From the NCBI GenBank assembly GCA_018401615.1, contig JAGYKN010000009.1, positions 136-64,135 on the forward strand: 64,000 nt of DNA. The letters are read 5' to 3'. This document shows, one piece after another, positions 38,035 through 48,247 of this stretch (positions are counted from its first letter, which is position 1; each line of letters opens with the position of its first letter). The position numbers were made by a program, and so were the translations under genes. The notes under the pieces are model-generated. The model was not told the DNA's origin. It searched no databases and saw only the letters and a program-made list of their open reading frames with translations. The DNA comes from Burkholderiaceae bacterium. Its GTDB lineage: Bacteria; Pseudomonadota; Gammaproteobacteria; Burkholderiales; Burkholderiaceae_A.

Positions 38035-38745
38035 TTAGGCATCGACCCCCAAAATTGCTCGAAGTTTCTTCACGTTTGCAGACAAGATTTGACTGACCCG
38101 TGACTCCGAAACTTCCAGTATAGAACCGATTTCCTTCAGGTTGAGCTCTTCCTCGTAATAGAGCGACATCACCAGGCGATCCCGCTCTGGAAGCTGCTCG
38201 ATGGCAGCCACGAGGGCGCCCACAAGCTGGGATTCCTCGGCCTGGACGTCTGGTCGGCGCGATGCCTCGTCGGGGATGCTAAAGGCCTGCTCGGCCACAT
38301 CCTCGAGGTAAACCGTTTGGAATTGAGCAGCCTTGCGACGATCGGTCTGAAAGTCGTCGACACCCTGGCCAAGCGAGGCAGCCAGCTCGGCCTGAGAGGG
38401 TGCCCGACCCAGCGTGGCAGAGAGCTGGCGAGATTCCTCGTTGTGCTGTTTGTGGATGGCCACCGCCGAGCGAGGCAGGGTGGACATGCGACGGACTTCG
38501 TCAATGATGGCGCCGCGGACTCGGCTGTGGGCAAAGTGCTCAAAGGGCACACCTTTGGTGGGGTCATAGCCCTTTGCGGCCTCGAGCAGCCCAATGGCGC
38601 CCACCTGAACCAGCTCTTGGAGGTCCATGACGGACATGAGCCGCACCCGAAGGTGCAGCGCAATTCGCTTGACCAGGTCGAGGTGGCCAAGGACCAGCGC
38701 CTCGACCTCGTCGGCTGGGCTGACGTAGGGATTCTTGATTTTCAG
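38035..38745 (-). CDS. fliA: Flagellar sigma factor FliA (sigma-28), probable CTG start
   Basis: LVKRIALHL, GAIGLLEAA, RVRGAIIDEVR, LYYEEELNLKEIG, VSESRVSQI; the frame is open up to a CTG overlapping the flhG stop. Confidence 0.9.
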   Translation of the reverse strand: MKIKNPYVSPADEVEALVLGHLDLVKRIALHLRVRLMSVMDLQELVQVGAIGLLEAAKGYDPTKGVPFEHFAHSRVRGAIIDEVRRMSTLPRSAVAIHKQHNEESRQLSATLGRAPSQAELAASLGQGVDDFQTDRRKAAQFQTVYLEDVAEQAFSIPDEASRRPDVQAEESQLVGALVAAIEQLPERDRLVMSLYYEEELNLKEIGSILEVSESRVSQILSANVKKLRAILGVDA

Positions 38746-39548
38746 AGCTGTCGCTCCAGAAAGAAGGAGATGCCGCCATCGATGCCTTGGGGGGGAGGCA
38801 GGTTTCGCAGGCTGGTGGCGAGGTCCCTAAAGTTACGCGCCCCGAGACTGCCGGGCGCATGGGCCAACACGGGCTTATTCTTTCGCAGCCCTGCCAAGAT
38901 GAGCTCGTCGTGTTCGATGCTCCCGAGGTAGCCGAGCTGCAGGCCCAGGAACCGGCTTGCCACATCGTTGATGCGGGCATGCAGCATGGCGCCAGCTGCC
39001 TGGTCTTCCATCATGTTGGGCAATAAGTAGATGTCGTTTGTGACGCCCTCCTGGGCGAGAACCTTGATCATGCCGTAGGCGTCTGCAATAGAGGAGGGCT
39101 CATCTTTCACCACGATGAGTCGACGCCCGACGGCCCGCATGAAGGTGATGACCTGGGATGAGATTCCAGCTGCCGCGTCGACGATCAGGACATCGAGGTC
39201 GTCTTGAATCTGGCTAAAGGCCTGGACGACCGCGCCGGATGCAACCGGATCGAGGTTTGCCAGCTCGGAGATGCCCGAGCCGCCAGGGATGAGCTTGACG
39301 CCATGTGGGGTCGCGACCATGACTTCTTCAAGCGTTTTCTCGCCTGTGAGCACATGGCCAAAGTGGAATGGCGCCTTCTGCCCAAGGGCGATTTGGGCAT
39401 TGGCCAGGCCCATGTCCGCATCAAAGAGAACCACCTTGCGTCCCTCTGCTGCCATTGCGGTGGCCAGGTTCACGGCGATGGTGGTCTTGCCGACCCCACC
39501 CTTGCCGCTGGCCACCCCGATGACGTCTGGTCTCTTCTTTGTGCTCAT
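38742..39548 (-). CDS. flhG: MinD-like flagellar number regulator FlhG/FleN
   Basis: SGKGGVGKT, DADMGLAN, DAAAGIS, EPSSIADAYG; between flhF and fliA. Confidence 0.9.
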   Translation of the reverse strand: MSTKKRPDVIGVASGKGGVGKTTIAVNLATAMAAEGRKVVLFDADMGLANAQIALGQKAPFHFGHVLTGEKTLEEVMVATPHGVKLIPGGSGISELANLDPVASGAVVQAFSQIQDDLDVLIVDAAAGISSQVITFMRAVGRRLIVVKDEPSSIADAYGMIKVLAQEGVTNDIYLLPNMMEDQAAGAMLHARINDVASRFLGLQLGYLGSIEHDELILAGLRKNKPVLAHAPGSLGARNFRDLATSLRNLPPPQGIDGGISFFLERQL

Positions 39549-39567
39549 ATGAGTGTTGGCATTCAGT

Positions 39568-40854
39568 TCAAAGGACGACGCGCCCGGCCTGCAAGACGGT
39601 CTGCGCCGACTGGGCCAGCTGGACTGTGGCGCCTCCCATTCTATCGTTCTCAGCCTGTTTGGCCTGATGGGCCAATTCACCTGCCAGGTGATCGACCGCG
39701 AGTCTGGCCAGGCGAGCAGTGCCAAAAGGCTGTCGGCCAGTTCCGTCGGATTGTCCACCCGTAAACGGGTAGAGGGCGACGGGCCGCTGACACAGCGCAG
39801 CAATGAGCCCCCAGCCGTGAACGGCCTCATCGACTTTGGTGATCATCAGGCTGGACCAACTGTGCTTTTTCAGGAGGCCTTCAACCTGGTGGCTCGCCGC
39901 ATCGAGTGGCAGGGCCAGGTGGAAGACGGCCTCGGGAATGAGTTCCTCGAGGCGGGTTCGGTGGCGGGCCATCTCGATGCCGGGGGTGTCGATGATCACG
40001 CAGGCACGGCCCCGCAATTCTTCTAGGAGGGGCATCAGAAGGCTTGTCTCTTGCGCACGAAAGCAGTCCACACCGAGTCTGGAGCAGCCCATCTGAACCT
40101 GTGCCCAGGCGCCCAGGCGAGTGTCGCACCAACTCAGGACAGCAACCTGGTCTGTGCCCATGGACTGAGCAGCCTCAGCGGCCAGCTTGGCCACCGTTGT
40201 GGTCTTGCCCGCGCCTGATGGACCCATGACCACATGGATGCCCGACAGGGGGCCCTTATAGGTGTCGGACCCCATGCTCGAGAGCAAGAGGGCCTCGGTC
40301 TGTGAGATGGCCATCTGACTGTTGCTGGCCGATTGAATGTGATCGGTGATGAGCATTCGCAGCCCAATGGGGGTGTGGTCTGCCTGCAAGGCGCGATCGA
40401 ATTGGGCAGCCAGGCCGCCGAGCAGGGGCGCTCCGAAGCCACCCATCGACTGGCTCAGGCGCAGGTCGCGCCGCAGGATGGCCATCTCCTGGCGAACGAG
40501 ATCCACAATCTCGCGGGCTCGGATCTGATCGCGACCGGAGTCGTCTGCCGGGGCCTCGGGCACGGTGGTGTCGACTGCGTGCAGCTCGCGGTGCAGGGCC
40601 TCACCGAATTTCATTGGGGCAAAGCTTGGCTCGAGTCGCTCGGGTGCGCTGACAGCTGGCTCTAGGAACTCGCGGTCGGCCACCCGAAGGGTCATGGGAT
40701 CGGCCTCGAGGTCGACGGCCACGATGACCTCGGTCTGGCCGTTGACCTGCTCATGTGAGATCACAAGAGCGTCTTTGCCGTAGAGGCCCACTGCCTTCTC
40801 GGTGGCGGCTCGTAAATCTCTGGCTAAGATGCGTCGCAGTTCCATGGTGTTCAC
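39568..40854 (-). CDS. flhF: SRP-family GTPase FlhF
   Basis: GPSGAGKTTTVAKLA, DTPG, TKVDE. Confidence 0.88.
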   Translation of the reverse strand: MNTMELRRILARDLRAATEKAVGLYGKDALVISHEQVNGQTEVIVAVDLEADPMTLRVADREFLEPAVSAPERLEPSFAPMKFGEALHRELHAVDTTVPEAPADDSGRDQIRAREIVDLVRQEMAILRRDLRLSQSMGGFGAPLLGGLAAQFDRALQADHTPIGLRMLITDHIQSASNSQMAISQTEALLLSSMGSDTYKGPLSGIHVVMGPSGAGKTTTVAKLAAEAAQSMGTDQVAVLSWCDTRLGAWAQVQMGCSRLGVDCFRAQETSLLMPLLEELRGRACVIIDTPGIEMARHRTRLEELIPEAVFHLALPLDAASHQVEGLLKKHSWSSLMITKVDEAVHGWGLIAALCQRPVALYPFTGGQSDGTGRQPFGTARLARLAVDHLAGELAHQAKQAENDRMGGATVQLAQSAQTVLQAGRVVL

Positions 40855-42962
40855 CCTTCTTGTCTGGATGTGATTTCAACGGTTTCAATGACTTTTACAG
40901 ACTGGTCGTCTGGTATTTCGCTATAAGAAATGACAGCGAGCCCGTCGGCACGGTGTTTTGCAGCCTTGGCGAGCCAGGGCCGCAGCACTGGTGAGACCAC
41001 GAGCACGGCGTTGTTGCCGGCGTCCTCGACCTTCTTTGTGCTCTCACGCAGGGCCCGAAAGAGCCCCTCTGCCAGGCCTGGTTCCAGAATAATGTTGGCT
41101 GGGTCGCCGCGATGCTGCTGAATGGTGTTGTGGAGGACCTGTTCGAGCGATGGATCGAGGGTCATGACCGAGAGGGTGTCTTGATCATCGAGCAGGGCCT
41201 GAACAATCATGCGACCGAGCTTGGGACGCACAAGGGTGGTGAGCTCTAGTGGATCTTGTGTCTTGCCGCAGGCCTCGGCCAGGGCCTCCACAATGGTGCG
41301 CATGTCTCGAATCGAGACACCTTCTTCGAGCAGGCCCTGCAAGACGCGGGTGACAACGCCCAGCGAGAGCTTGGCAGGAACGAGCTCTTCAACCAGCTTC
41401 GGAAAGCGGCTGGCGAGTTTGTCTAATAGTTGTTGGGTCTCGTCGTGGCTCAGCAGTTCAGCCGCGCCTTCGCGCAGGACTTTATTGAGGTGGGTGGCCA
41501 TGGCAGTGGCCGCATCGACCACGGTGTAGCCGAGCGTGCGGGCGTGATCGCGCTGTGCTGGGTCAATCCAGACTGCATCAAGGCCAAATGCTGGGTCTTT
41601 GGTGGCAATGCCCTCGAGGGTGCCGTAGACCTGGCCTGGGCTGATGGCGAGTTCACGCCCCACCTTGACCTCGCCTTTGCCTCGCACCACGCCGTTGATG
41701 ACGATCCGATAGTGGTCAGGATCAAGGGTGAGGGAGTCTCGAATGCGAACGGGCTGCACAAGATAACCAAGCTCGGCCGAGAGCTTCTTGCGAACGCCCT
41801 TGACCCGGTTCATGAGTTGGCCGCCTGTCTCCACGTTGACGAGCGGAATGAGGCCGTATCCAATTTCCAGGCCGATCACATCGACAGCGTCGACGTCATC
41901 CCAGTCGAGTTCCTTGGGCGCATCGGCAGCGGCCTGCGCGGCAGCCTCTTCGGCAGTCGGCAGGGGCGGTTCGGCCCTGCTCTTCATGACCATAAAACCC
42001 ACACCCGTTGCCCCAGCCGCCAGGGTGAGAAACATCATGCTGGGCATGCCGGGGACGACCCCGAGTGTGGCCAGGATGCCCCCAGAGATAAAGAGGGCCG
42101 AGGGGTTGGAGAGTTGGCTCTTGGCCTGCTCGGTCATGTTCTCTGAGGTGGTCACCCGGGTCACCACGATTGCGGTGGCCAGCGAGAGAAAGAGGGCTGG
42201 AATCTGCGCCACCAGGCCATCGCCCACGGTGAGCAAGACGTAAATTTGGGCAGCATCTGTCAGGCTGAGATCGTGTTGAACAAGGCCGATCACCACGCCA
42301 CCAAGAATATTGATAAAGAGGATGATCAGGCCCGCCACGGCATCGCCCTTTACAAACTTTGAGGCACCGTCCATGGAGCCAAAGAAGTCGGCCTCTTGTG
42401 ATATTTCCTCGCGCCGCTTTTTGGCGGTCTCCTGGTCGATGACCCCGGCATTGAGGTCTGCATCGATGGCCATCTGTTTGCCCGGCATGGCATCGAGGGT
42501 GAATCGGGCGGTGACCTCTGAGACGCGCCCTGCGCCCTTGGTGATCACCGCAAAGTTGATCAAGACCAAGATGCCGAACACCACGATACCCACGAGATAG
42601 TTGCCAGCGATGACGAATTCGCCAAAGGCCTGAATGACCTTTCCAGCCGCATCTGGCCCGGTGTGCCCCTCGACCAAGATCACCCGAGTGGAGGCCACAT
42701 TAAGGGCAAGGCGCAGCATCGTGGTCAATAAGATGACAGCTGGAAATGAGGAGAAATCGAGGGGACGTTGAACCCCGATGGCCACCATGATGATGATCAG
42801 GCCCACCAGGATGTTGAATGTGAAGAGCAGGTCCAGCAATAGCGGCGGCAGCGGCAAGACAAGCATTGCCATGATGAGCAGCACCAGGGCCGGAATCCCC
42901 AGTCCACTCAACTTAAAGTTCAATGCGCTCTGTCGTAAGCTCGACAAACTCAGACTTGCCAT
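40851..42962 (-). CDS. flhA: Flagellar export gate FlhA
   Basis: RLALNVASTR, FTLDAMPGKQMAIDADL, FFGSMDGASKFVKGDA. Confidence 0.97.
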   Translation of the reverse strand: MASLSLSSLRQSALNFKLSGLGIPALVLLIMAMLVLPLPPLLLDLLFTFNILVGLIIIMVAIGVQRPLDFSSFPAVILLTTMLRLALNVASTRVILVEGHTGPDAAGKVIQAFGEFVIAGNYLVGIVVFGILVLINFAVITKGAGRVSEVTARFTLDAMPGKQMAIDADLNAGVIDQETAKKRREEISQEADFFGSMDGASKFVKGDAVAGLIILFINILGGVVIGLVQHDLSLTDAAQIYVLLTVGDGLVAQIPALFLSLATAIVVTRVTTSENMTEQAKSQLSNPSALFISGGILATLGVVPGMPSMMFLTLAAGATGVGFMVMKSRAEPPLPTAEEAAAQAAADAPKELDWDDVDAVDVIGLEIGYGLIPLVNVETGGQLMNRVKGVRKKLSAELGYLVQPVRIRDSLTLDPDHYRIVINGVVRGKGEVKVGRELAISPGQVYGTLEGIATKDPAFGLDAVWIDPAQRDHARTLGYTVVDAATAMATHLNKVLREGAAELLSHDETQQLLDKLASRFPKLVEELVPAKLSLGVVTRVLQGLLEEGVSIRDMRTIVEALAEACGKTQDPLELTTLVRPKLGRMIVQALLDDQDTLSVMTLDPSLEQVLHNTIQQHRGDPANIILEPGLAEGLFRALRESTKKVEDAGNNAVLVVSPVLRPWLAKAAKHRADGLAVISYSEIPDDQSVKVIETVEITSRQEG

Positions 42963-43037
42963 TCGCGTGTCTCTAGACTTTTCTCTGTTAAATCAGCGGG
43001 TTGCAAAAAAACAAGGTGGGTCTCCCCGACCTCTATA

Positions 43038-43053
43038 AGCAACCGGTGTGCCA
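43038..43053 (-). promoter_or_regulatory. Sigma-54 promoter for the flhA operon
   Basis: TGGCAC-ACCGG-TTGCT on the minus strand. Confidence 0.8.
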
Positions 43054-43086
43054 CGGTCTAGGTGCATCGAGGTCCCGGGGCGGCAA

Positions 43087-43102
43087 TGGTCTAAAGATTG
43101 CT
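43087..43102 (+). promoter_or_regulatory. Sigma-54 promoter for the fliK operon
   Basis: TGGTCT-AAAGA-TTGCT (GG-N10-GC). Confidence 0.65.
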
Positions 43103-43141
43103 TATTAGGAGGCACCGGAACCCTTTTGCCCCTCACAGCCC

Positions 43142-44710
43142 ATGACACCTTCCCTGGACACCGTCTTTCAACCCGCCGTGTTGCCCGATTCCACCGAGCA
43201 GGAGAGCACGTCTCGTGCCGACTCCCGCCGTGAGGATGGGGCGGGCGGCCCTGCCTTTCGAGACACCTTTGCGGCGGCGCATCACCGTCAGCGACCCTCA
43301 GCGCCTTCAGCCGCGTCAGCGCCTTCAGCTACCTCAGCCACCTCAGCTGCTTCCGCCCCAGGGCGGCGGGCGCTTGCCGACGATGGTCCAGACACCAACG
43401 CTGGTGAGCGCACTCACGCATCGGCTCCCAAGGGGGTTCTTCGGGAGATTCCTCTGGGGCGCACGGCCACCTTATTGGTGGCGGGCGAACCGCCCTCGGA
43501 GGAGGACCTCCTGGCCTTTGCCCGAGAGGCTGGGCTGCCCGACAGTGCTGTTGAGGCACTCATGCTTGGCAAGGGACTGTCTTCGGTCCCCGATGCCGCT
43601 TGGACCCCAGGTGGAGACACCACCACGCCCCTGATCACCCCAGAGGAGGCGTTGTTGGTGGCTGTCGAGGAGGCCGGGCCCCCGGATGCGGGTGCGGCCG
43701 CAGGTGCGGATGCGGGTGCGGCCGCAGGTGCGGCAGCTTGGGCGGCAGGTGTGGCGCTCACAAACGGCCTGATGGCAACCACCACAGCCCCCACCACGGC
43801 CCCCACCATGCCAACATGGCTGACTGGCCTTGGCACGGCCGCACCTTTGCAAGCGATGGCTGCAGGACCCGTCGGTGTGCAGACTGTTGATGCGCAGACT
43901 GTTGATGCGCAGGCCGTTGATGCGCAGACCGTTGATGCCCAGGGCCTGCTCACCCCGATTCGGCTGCGCATCCCTGTTCTAGATGCCCAGTCAGCTGCTG
44001 TCTGGGCCGCCCGAGCTGAACAGGGCCTTGAGGCCAAGGGGGTGAAGCTCGATCCCCTGGTCTTGCAGCGGATTGTGTTTGAAAAGATGGCCGATGCCAC
44101 ACCCCTGCCCACCACGGCTGAGCGACTCGCCAGCATTCAGGCTGCCGACCTCGGGGCCGCCGTTCCCACCGATGGCCCCGACCTGGACCGACTCGCGGCC
44201 GATGTGGGCGGGGCGTCGCCCTCGCGCGCGGCCGGTGGGAGCCTTTTTTCGGGGCAAGGCGACAACGGCCAGGGGCGGCAGGCCAATCAGCAGTTGGCCC
44301 AGCGCTTTGGCGATCTCTTGAGCCAGCGGCTGGTTCAACAGATTTCTCAGGGCAATTGGAAGGTCAACATGGAGGTCCACCCCCGCGCACTTGGAGAGAT
44401 TCAGATTGAGTTGCACTGGAAGGGCGGGGAGCTTGAGGCCTCGTTTAGAACGAGCCAATTGGCCACGCGAGAGCTGCTGCTCGACCAGCTTCCAAGGCTG
44501 AGGGAGACACTTGAGAAGTCTGGCACAGACGTTGCTTCACTGACGGTGGGTGATTCATCTCGTCAAAAAAATGGCGATGAGAAGGGTCACAATCGGAATC
44601 ATGATGCGCAGTCTGCGGTCCAAACAGGCGATGTGATGTCTGTGGAGGGTGGCGGGGACTTGAGTTCTCAGCCGGTGGCCTCGGACGGTCGACTGGATGT
44701 CCTGGTCTAG
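43142..44710 (+). CDS. fliK: Hook-length control protein FliK
   Basis: Low-complexity body (QTVDA repeats) and C-terminal domain HPRALGEIQIEL...LPRLRETL; precedes fliL. Confidence 0.85.
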   Translation: MTPSLDTVFQPAVLPDSTEQESTSRADSRREDGAGGPAFRDTFAAAHHRQRPSAPSAASAPSATSATSAASAPGRRALADDGPDTNAGERTHASAPKGVLREIPLGRTATLLVAGEPPSEEDLLAFAREAGLPDSAVEALMLGKGLSSVPDAAWTPGGDTTTPLITPEEALLVAVEEAGPPDAGAAAGADAGAAAGAAAWAAGVALTNGLMATTTAPTTAPTMPTWLTGLGTAAPLQAMAAGPVGVQTVDAQTVDAQAVDAQTVDAQGLLTPIRLRIPVLDAQSAAVWAARAEQGLEAKGVKLDPLVLQRIVFEKMADATPLPTTAERLASIQAADLGAAVPTDGPDLDRLAADVGGASPSRAAGGSLFSGQGDNGQGRQANQQLAQRFGDLLSQRLVQQISQGNWKVNMEVHPRALGEIQIELHWKGGELEASFRTSQLATRELLLDQLPRLRETLEKSGTDVASLTVGDSSRQKNGDEKGHNRNHDAQSAVQTGDVMSVEGGGDLSSQPVASDGRLDVLV

Positions 44711-44746
44711 GGACGCGATGATGGATTAACCAAGAGGGAAACGAAG

Positions 44747-45391
44747 ATGGCGGACGAACAAGAGCAACAAGAGGGCGGCAAGAAAAAATCGCCACTCAAA
44801 TTGATCCTACTAATCGTGGGTCTTCTGGTGCTGCTCGCAGTCACCGTGGTCGGAACCCTCGCGGTAACAGGATTCTTTAGCCAGCCCGATCCAAACTCAG
44901 TCGAGGAACTTCTCAAGAAGGCCGAGGCTGACAAGGCTGCTGCTGATGCGGCCAAAGAGGGCGAGGCAGATGGCCAGCCTCAACTCGGCCCGGATGGCAA
45001 ACCACTTCCCAACACAAAAGAGTCTCCCGCTGGTCCTGAGAAAGTCACCAAGAATGCGGCCGACGTCAATAGGTTTGAATCGCGCTACAAGGAGATGGGT
45101 CGCCCCCTGCTTGCCAATGTGACTGGGTCGCGAAAGGTCATGCAGGTGACCGTTGCAATCATGACCCATTACGACGACAAGGTCCTCGAGAACATGGAAA
45201 AGCACGATTTTGCCCTTCGTAACTCTGCGCTGGATGTCATGCGTCAGGTGACAGAGGCTGAGCTCGACAGACCCACCTTTCGAATCGAACTGGCCGAGAA
45301 GATCCGGCTGGCCATGAACGCTGTGCTCGAACGCTATGAGGATTTTGGTGGCATCGAGCAGGTGCTCTTTACCGAGTTTGTGGTTCAGTAA
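44747..45391 (+). CDS. fliL: Flagellar protein FliL
   Basis: GGKKK followed by a TM; IEQVLFTEFVVQ end. Confidence 0.9.
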   Translation: MADEQEQQEGGKKKSPLKLILLIVGLLVLLAVTVVGTLAVTGFFSQPDPNSVEELLKKAEADKAAADAAKEGEADGQPQLGPDGKPLPNTKESPAGPEKVTKNAADVNRFESRYKEMGRPLLANVTGSRKVMQVTVAIMTHYDDKVLENMEKHDFALRNSALDVMRQVTEAELDRPTFRIELAEKIRLAMNAVLERYEDFGGIEQVLFTEFVVQ

Positions 45392-45417
45392 CCAACGCCA
45401 GAAAAGGCAAGAAGATC

Positions 45418-46428
45418 ATGGCCGCAAGCCCCAGCCTACTGAGCGAAGACGAGCTCGCCGCCCTCCAAGAGGGAATGGCCGACGGCTCGATCCCAGTCGA
45501 GACAGGATTCAACAGCAAGGTCAGGGTCCGCAAGCACGACCTGGCCAGCGAAGACAGCTCCCTTGGCATCAACGTGGGTGCCATCGAGATGATCAATGAG
45601 CGACTCCTGCGCCTCTTTCGCCTGGGGTTGGTTGAGGTCTTAAGGTCGACCCCGAAGATCACGCCAATGAAGGCCGAGATCGTCCGTTACGGTGACTATC
45701 TCAAGACGCTCAAGGCACCCCTTGCGGTCAATATGATTCGGATCAACCCACTGCGGGGAAACTCGCTGGTGGTCATTGAGCCCAACATGATCTTCTCCGC
45801 ATTGGATGTCTTTTTTGGAGGACTTGGCACCGGTCGCAGCCGCGGTCCGCTGCCACCCACTCGGCTCTTTACGCCAACAGAGACCCGTGTCATTGGAATC
45901 GTTCTAGATGTCTTTTTTCGCAGCCTCAAGGATGCATGGGCCCCCCTGCTCAAGCTTGATGTCGAGGTGGTGACGTCTGAGATCAACCCTCAGTTCGCGC
46001 AGATTGCAGATGAGAATGATCTCGTCATTCTGAGCCGCTTTGAGGTTGACAACCCCGAAGGGGAATCATTTGTTGACCTCGTCTATCCCTATGCCTCGCT
46101 CAAGCCCATGCGGGATGTCCTGCGCAGCAGGGTTCAGTCCAGCGAGGGCACCGAGACCAGCGAGCGCCAGTGGCGCGAGGCGCTGCGGGAAGCAGTCTTC
46201 GAGTCGTCACTCGAGGTTGAGACCCTGCTGGGCAGCCTCAAGACCAACCTCCACACACTAAAAAACATGAAGGTCGGAGACCTCCTCTATTTTAAAAAGC
46301 CAGATGCAGCCCAGGTTCGCATTGCCAATATCGCCTCCTATGAGGCCGATGTTGGTGTGCAAGACAACCAGATGGCCATTCAGATTCGCAGCTCCTACGA
46401 CGTGACCGGAAAGACCAGACAGGACTAA
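45418..46428 (+). CDS. fliM: C-ring protein FliM
   Basis: LSEDELAAL, FFGGLG, FTPTE, EINPQFAQI. Confidence 0.92.
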   Translation: MAASPSLLSEDELAALQEGMADGSIPVETGFNSKVRVRKHDLASEDSSLGINVGAIEMINERLLRLFRLGLVEVLRSTPKITPMKAEIVRYGDYLKTLKAPLAVNMIRINPLRGNSLVVIEPNMIFSALDVFFGGLGTGRSRGPLPPTRLFTPTETRVIGIVLDVFFRSLKDAWAPLLKLDVEVVTSEINPQFAQIADENDLVILSRFEVDNPEGESFVDLVYPYASLKPMRDVLRSRVQSSEGTETSERQWREALREAVFESSLEVETLLGSLKTNLHTLKNMKVGDLLYFKKPDAAQVRIANIASYEADVGVQDNQMAIQIRSSYDVTGKTRQD

Positions 46429-46431
46429 ACC

Positions 46432-46761
46432 ATGGAAAACCCAGCAGACCAACAAAACGAAACCGATGTCTTGGCCGACATGGATGTCTCAGGAAAAGGG
46501 GGGCAGATCGACCCCGAGGTCCTACAGAACATCCCGGTCACCATCTCCATCGAGGTCGGACGCGCATCACTTAAGCTGCGCGACCTGCTTCGACTTGCGC
46601 AAGGCAGTGTGGTCGAGCTCGACCGACTCGCTGGTGAGCCACTCGACCTGCTCGTCAATCAGACGGTCGTGGCGCAGGGAGAGATCGTCCTTGTCAATGA
46701 CCGCTACGGCATTCGCCTGACCCGCGTGGTCCCGGCGGCTGAGCGCCTCAAGCAGGTCTGA
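46432..46761 (+). CDS. fliN: C-ring protein FliN
   Basis: IPVTISIEVGR, GSVVELDRLAGEPLD, YGIRLT. Confidence 0.95.
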   Translation: MENPADQQNETDVLADMDVSGKGGQIDPEVLQNIPVTISIEVGRASLKLRDLLRLAQGSVVELDRLAGEPLDLLVNQTVVAQGEIVLVNDRYGIRLTRVVPAAERLKQV

Positions 46762-46762
46762 G

Positions 46763-47197
46763 ATGACCAACGGGCTTGCCAACAGCATGGACTGGCTCTC
46801 TATGGCCAGCAGTTTCCTGCTGGTCATCGGCCTGCTCGCAGTGGTCTTGTATCTGCTGCGTCGGTTCCAGCCTGGTGCGCTTGGCAGCGGACGACAGATT
46901 CAACTCATTGAGTCGCTTGCCACGGGCTCCCGTCAGAGGGTGGTCCTGGTTCGCGTGCGCGACAAAGACCTCCTGCTCGGTGTCTCGTTGCAACAGATCA
47001 CCACGCTGGCAGAGTGGCCCGCCGCCCAGGGCGATGCCCGACTGGCGCCAGGCCCCGCGTCCTCCTCCATGGCATCTGGCACCTTCGCCACATCGCCCGC
47101 ATCGCCCGCAACGGCCGGTGCTGCCGTGACCCAGGGCCTGCCTCGGATGGCTGTTCCGGCGGTCGAGGCCCTGGCCAGGTTTCTGCGGCCAAAATGA
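46763..47197 (+). CDS. fliO: Flagellar protein FliO
   Basis: N-terminal TM, RQRVVLVRV...LLLGVS; position between fliN and fliP. Confidence 0.85.
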   Translation: MTNGLANSMDWLSMASSFLLVIGLLAVVLYLLRRFQPGALGSGRQIQLIESLATGSRQRVVLVRVRDKDLLLGVSLQQITTLAEWPAAQGDARLAPGPASSSMASGTFATSPASPATAGAAVTQGLPRMAVPAVEALARFLRPK

Positions 47198-47940
47198 AGG
47201 CCTCTTATCTCTCACCAGTGGTGGGTCTGCTGCTGGCTGGCGCCGTCTGTCTGCCCGCGCTTGCCCAGGGCCTGCCGGCAGTGACTGTGCAGGGCTCTCA
47301 GTACAGCCTCACCCTTGAACTCCTTGGACTCATCACAGCACTCACACTGCTGCCATCGATGCTGCTCATGATGACGTCGTTTGTTCGCATCATCATCGTG
47401 ATGTCTCTTCTCCGACAGGCCCTGGGAACCGGAAGCACGCCGCCCAACCAGGTCCTGGTGGGACTCTCTCTCTTTCTAACGCTCTTTATCATGGCGCCCA
47501 TCTTTGGGCAGGTCTATGACACAGCGCTGCTCCCTTATTTCGAGCGGCAGATCACCTTTACGCAGGCCCTGGCAAATGCCGAGGCCCCGATCCGCGGCTT
47601 CATGCTGGCCCAGACCCGTGAGGGTGACATTGCCGCCTTTGCAGAGATCTCGAGGGCACCAGCCTTAAATGACCCAGCGTCGGTGCCCTTCACAACCCTG
47701 GTGCCGGCCTTTATCACCTCGGAGCTCAAGAGTGCCTTCACGATTGGGTTTCTGATCTACATCCCTTTTGTGGTGATCGACCTCATTGTGGCCAGCGTGC
47801 TGATGTCGATGGGCATGATGATGCTCTCGCCAATGATGATCTCCATGCCTTTTAAGCTCATGTTGTTTGTGCTCGTAGACGGCTGGACCCTGCTGATGGG
47901 CTCACTCGCTGCAAGTTTCGTCACCCCCACCATTCCGTAA
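47194..47940 (+). CDS. fliP: Export gate FliP
   Basis: MTSFVRI, PPNQVL, PAFITSEL, PFKLMLFVLVDGW. Confidence 0.96.
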   Translation: MKASYLSPVVGLLLAGAVCLPALAQGLPAVTVQGSQYSLTLELLGLITALTLLPSMLLMMTSFVRIIIVMSLLRQALGTGSTPPNQVLVGLSLFLTLFIMAPIFGQVYDTALLPYFERQITFTQALANAEAPIRGFMLAQTREGDIAAFAEISRAPALNDPASVPFTTLVPAFITSELKSAFTIGFLIYIPFVVIDLIVASVLMSMGMMMLSPMMISMPFKLMLFVLVDGWTLLMGSLAASFVTPTIP

Positions 47941-47956
47941 CCATTCGAAAGCACCC

Positions 47957-48226
47957 ATGGACACCGCCGCCGTTGTTGATCTTGCCCGAGAGGCCCTCAT
48001 GCTCACCATGCTGGTCTCGCTGCCATTGCTGGGCATTGCCCTGATCGTGGGCCTGGTGGTGGGTGTCTTTCAAGCTGCCACCTCAATCAACGAGATGACG
48101 CTGAGTTTCATTCCCAAACTGGTTGCAATTGGTGTGGCCATTGCTGTCTTTGGCTCCTGGCAGATCAATCTGGTCGTGGAATTCTGTCGAAGCGTGTTTG
48201 GGCGCATTCCAGGACTCTTCCTCTAA
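47957..48226 (+). CDS. fliQ: Export gate FliQ
   Basis: FQAATSINEMTLSFIPK. Confidence 0.96.
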   Translation: MDTAAVVDLAREALMLTMLVSLPLLGIALIVGLVVGVFQAATSINEMTLSFIPKLVAIGVAIAVFGSWQINLVVEFCRSVFGRIPGLFL

Positions 48227-48247
48227 TCTGCGTGAGATTGCCACCCC

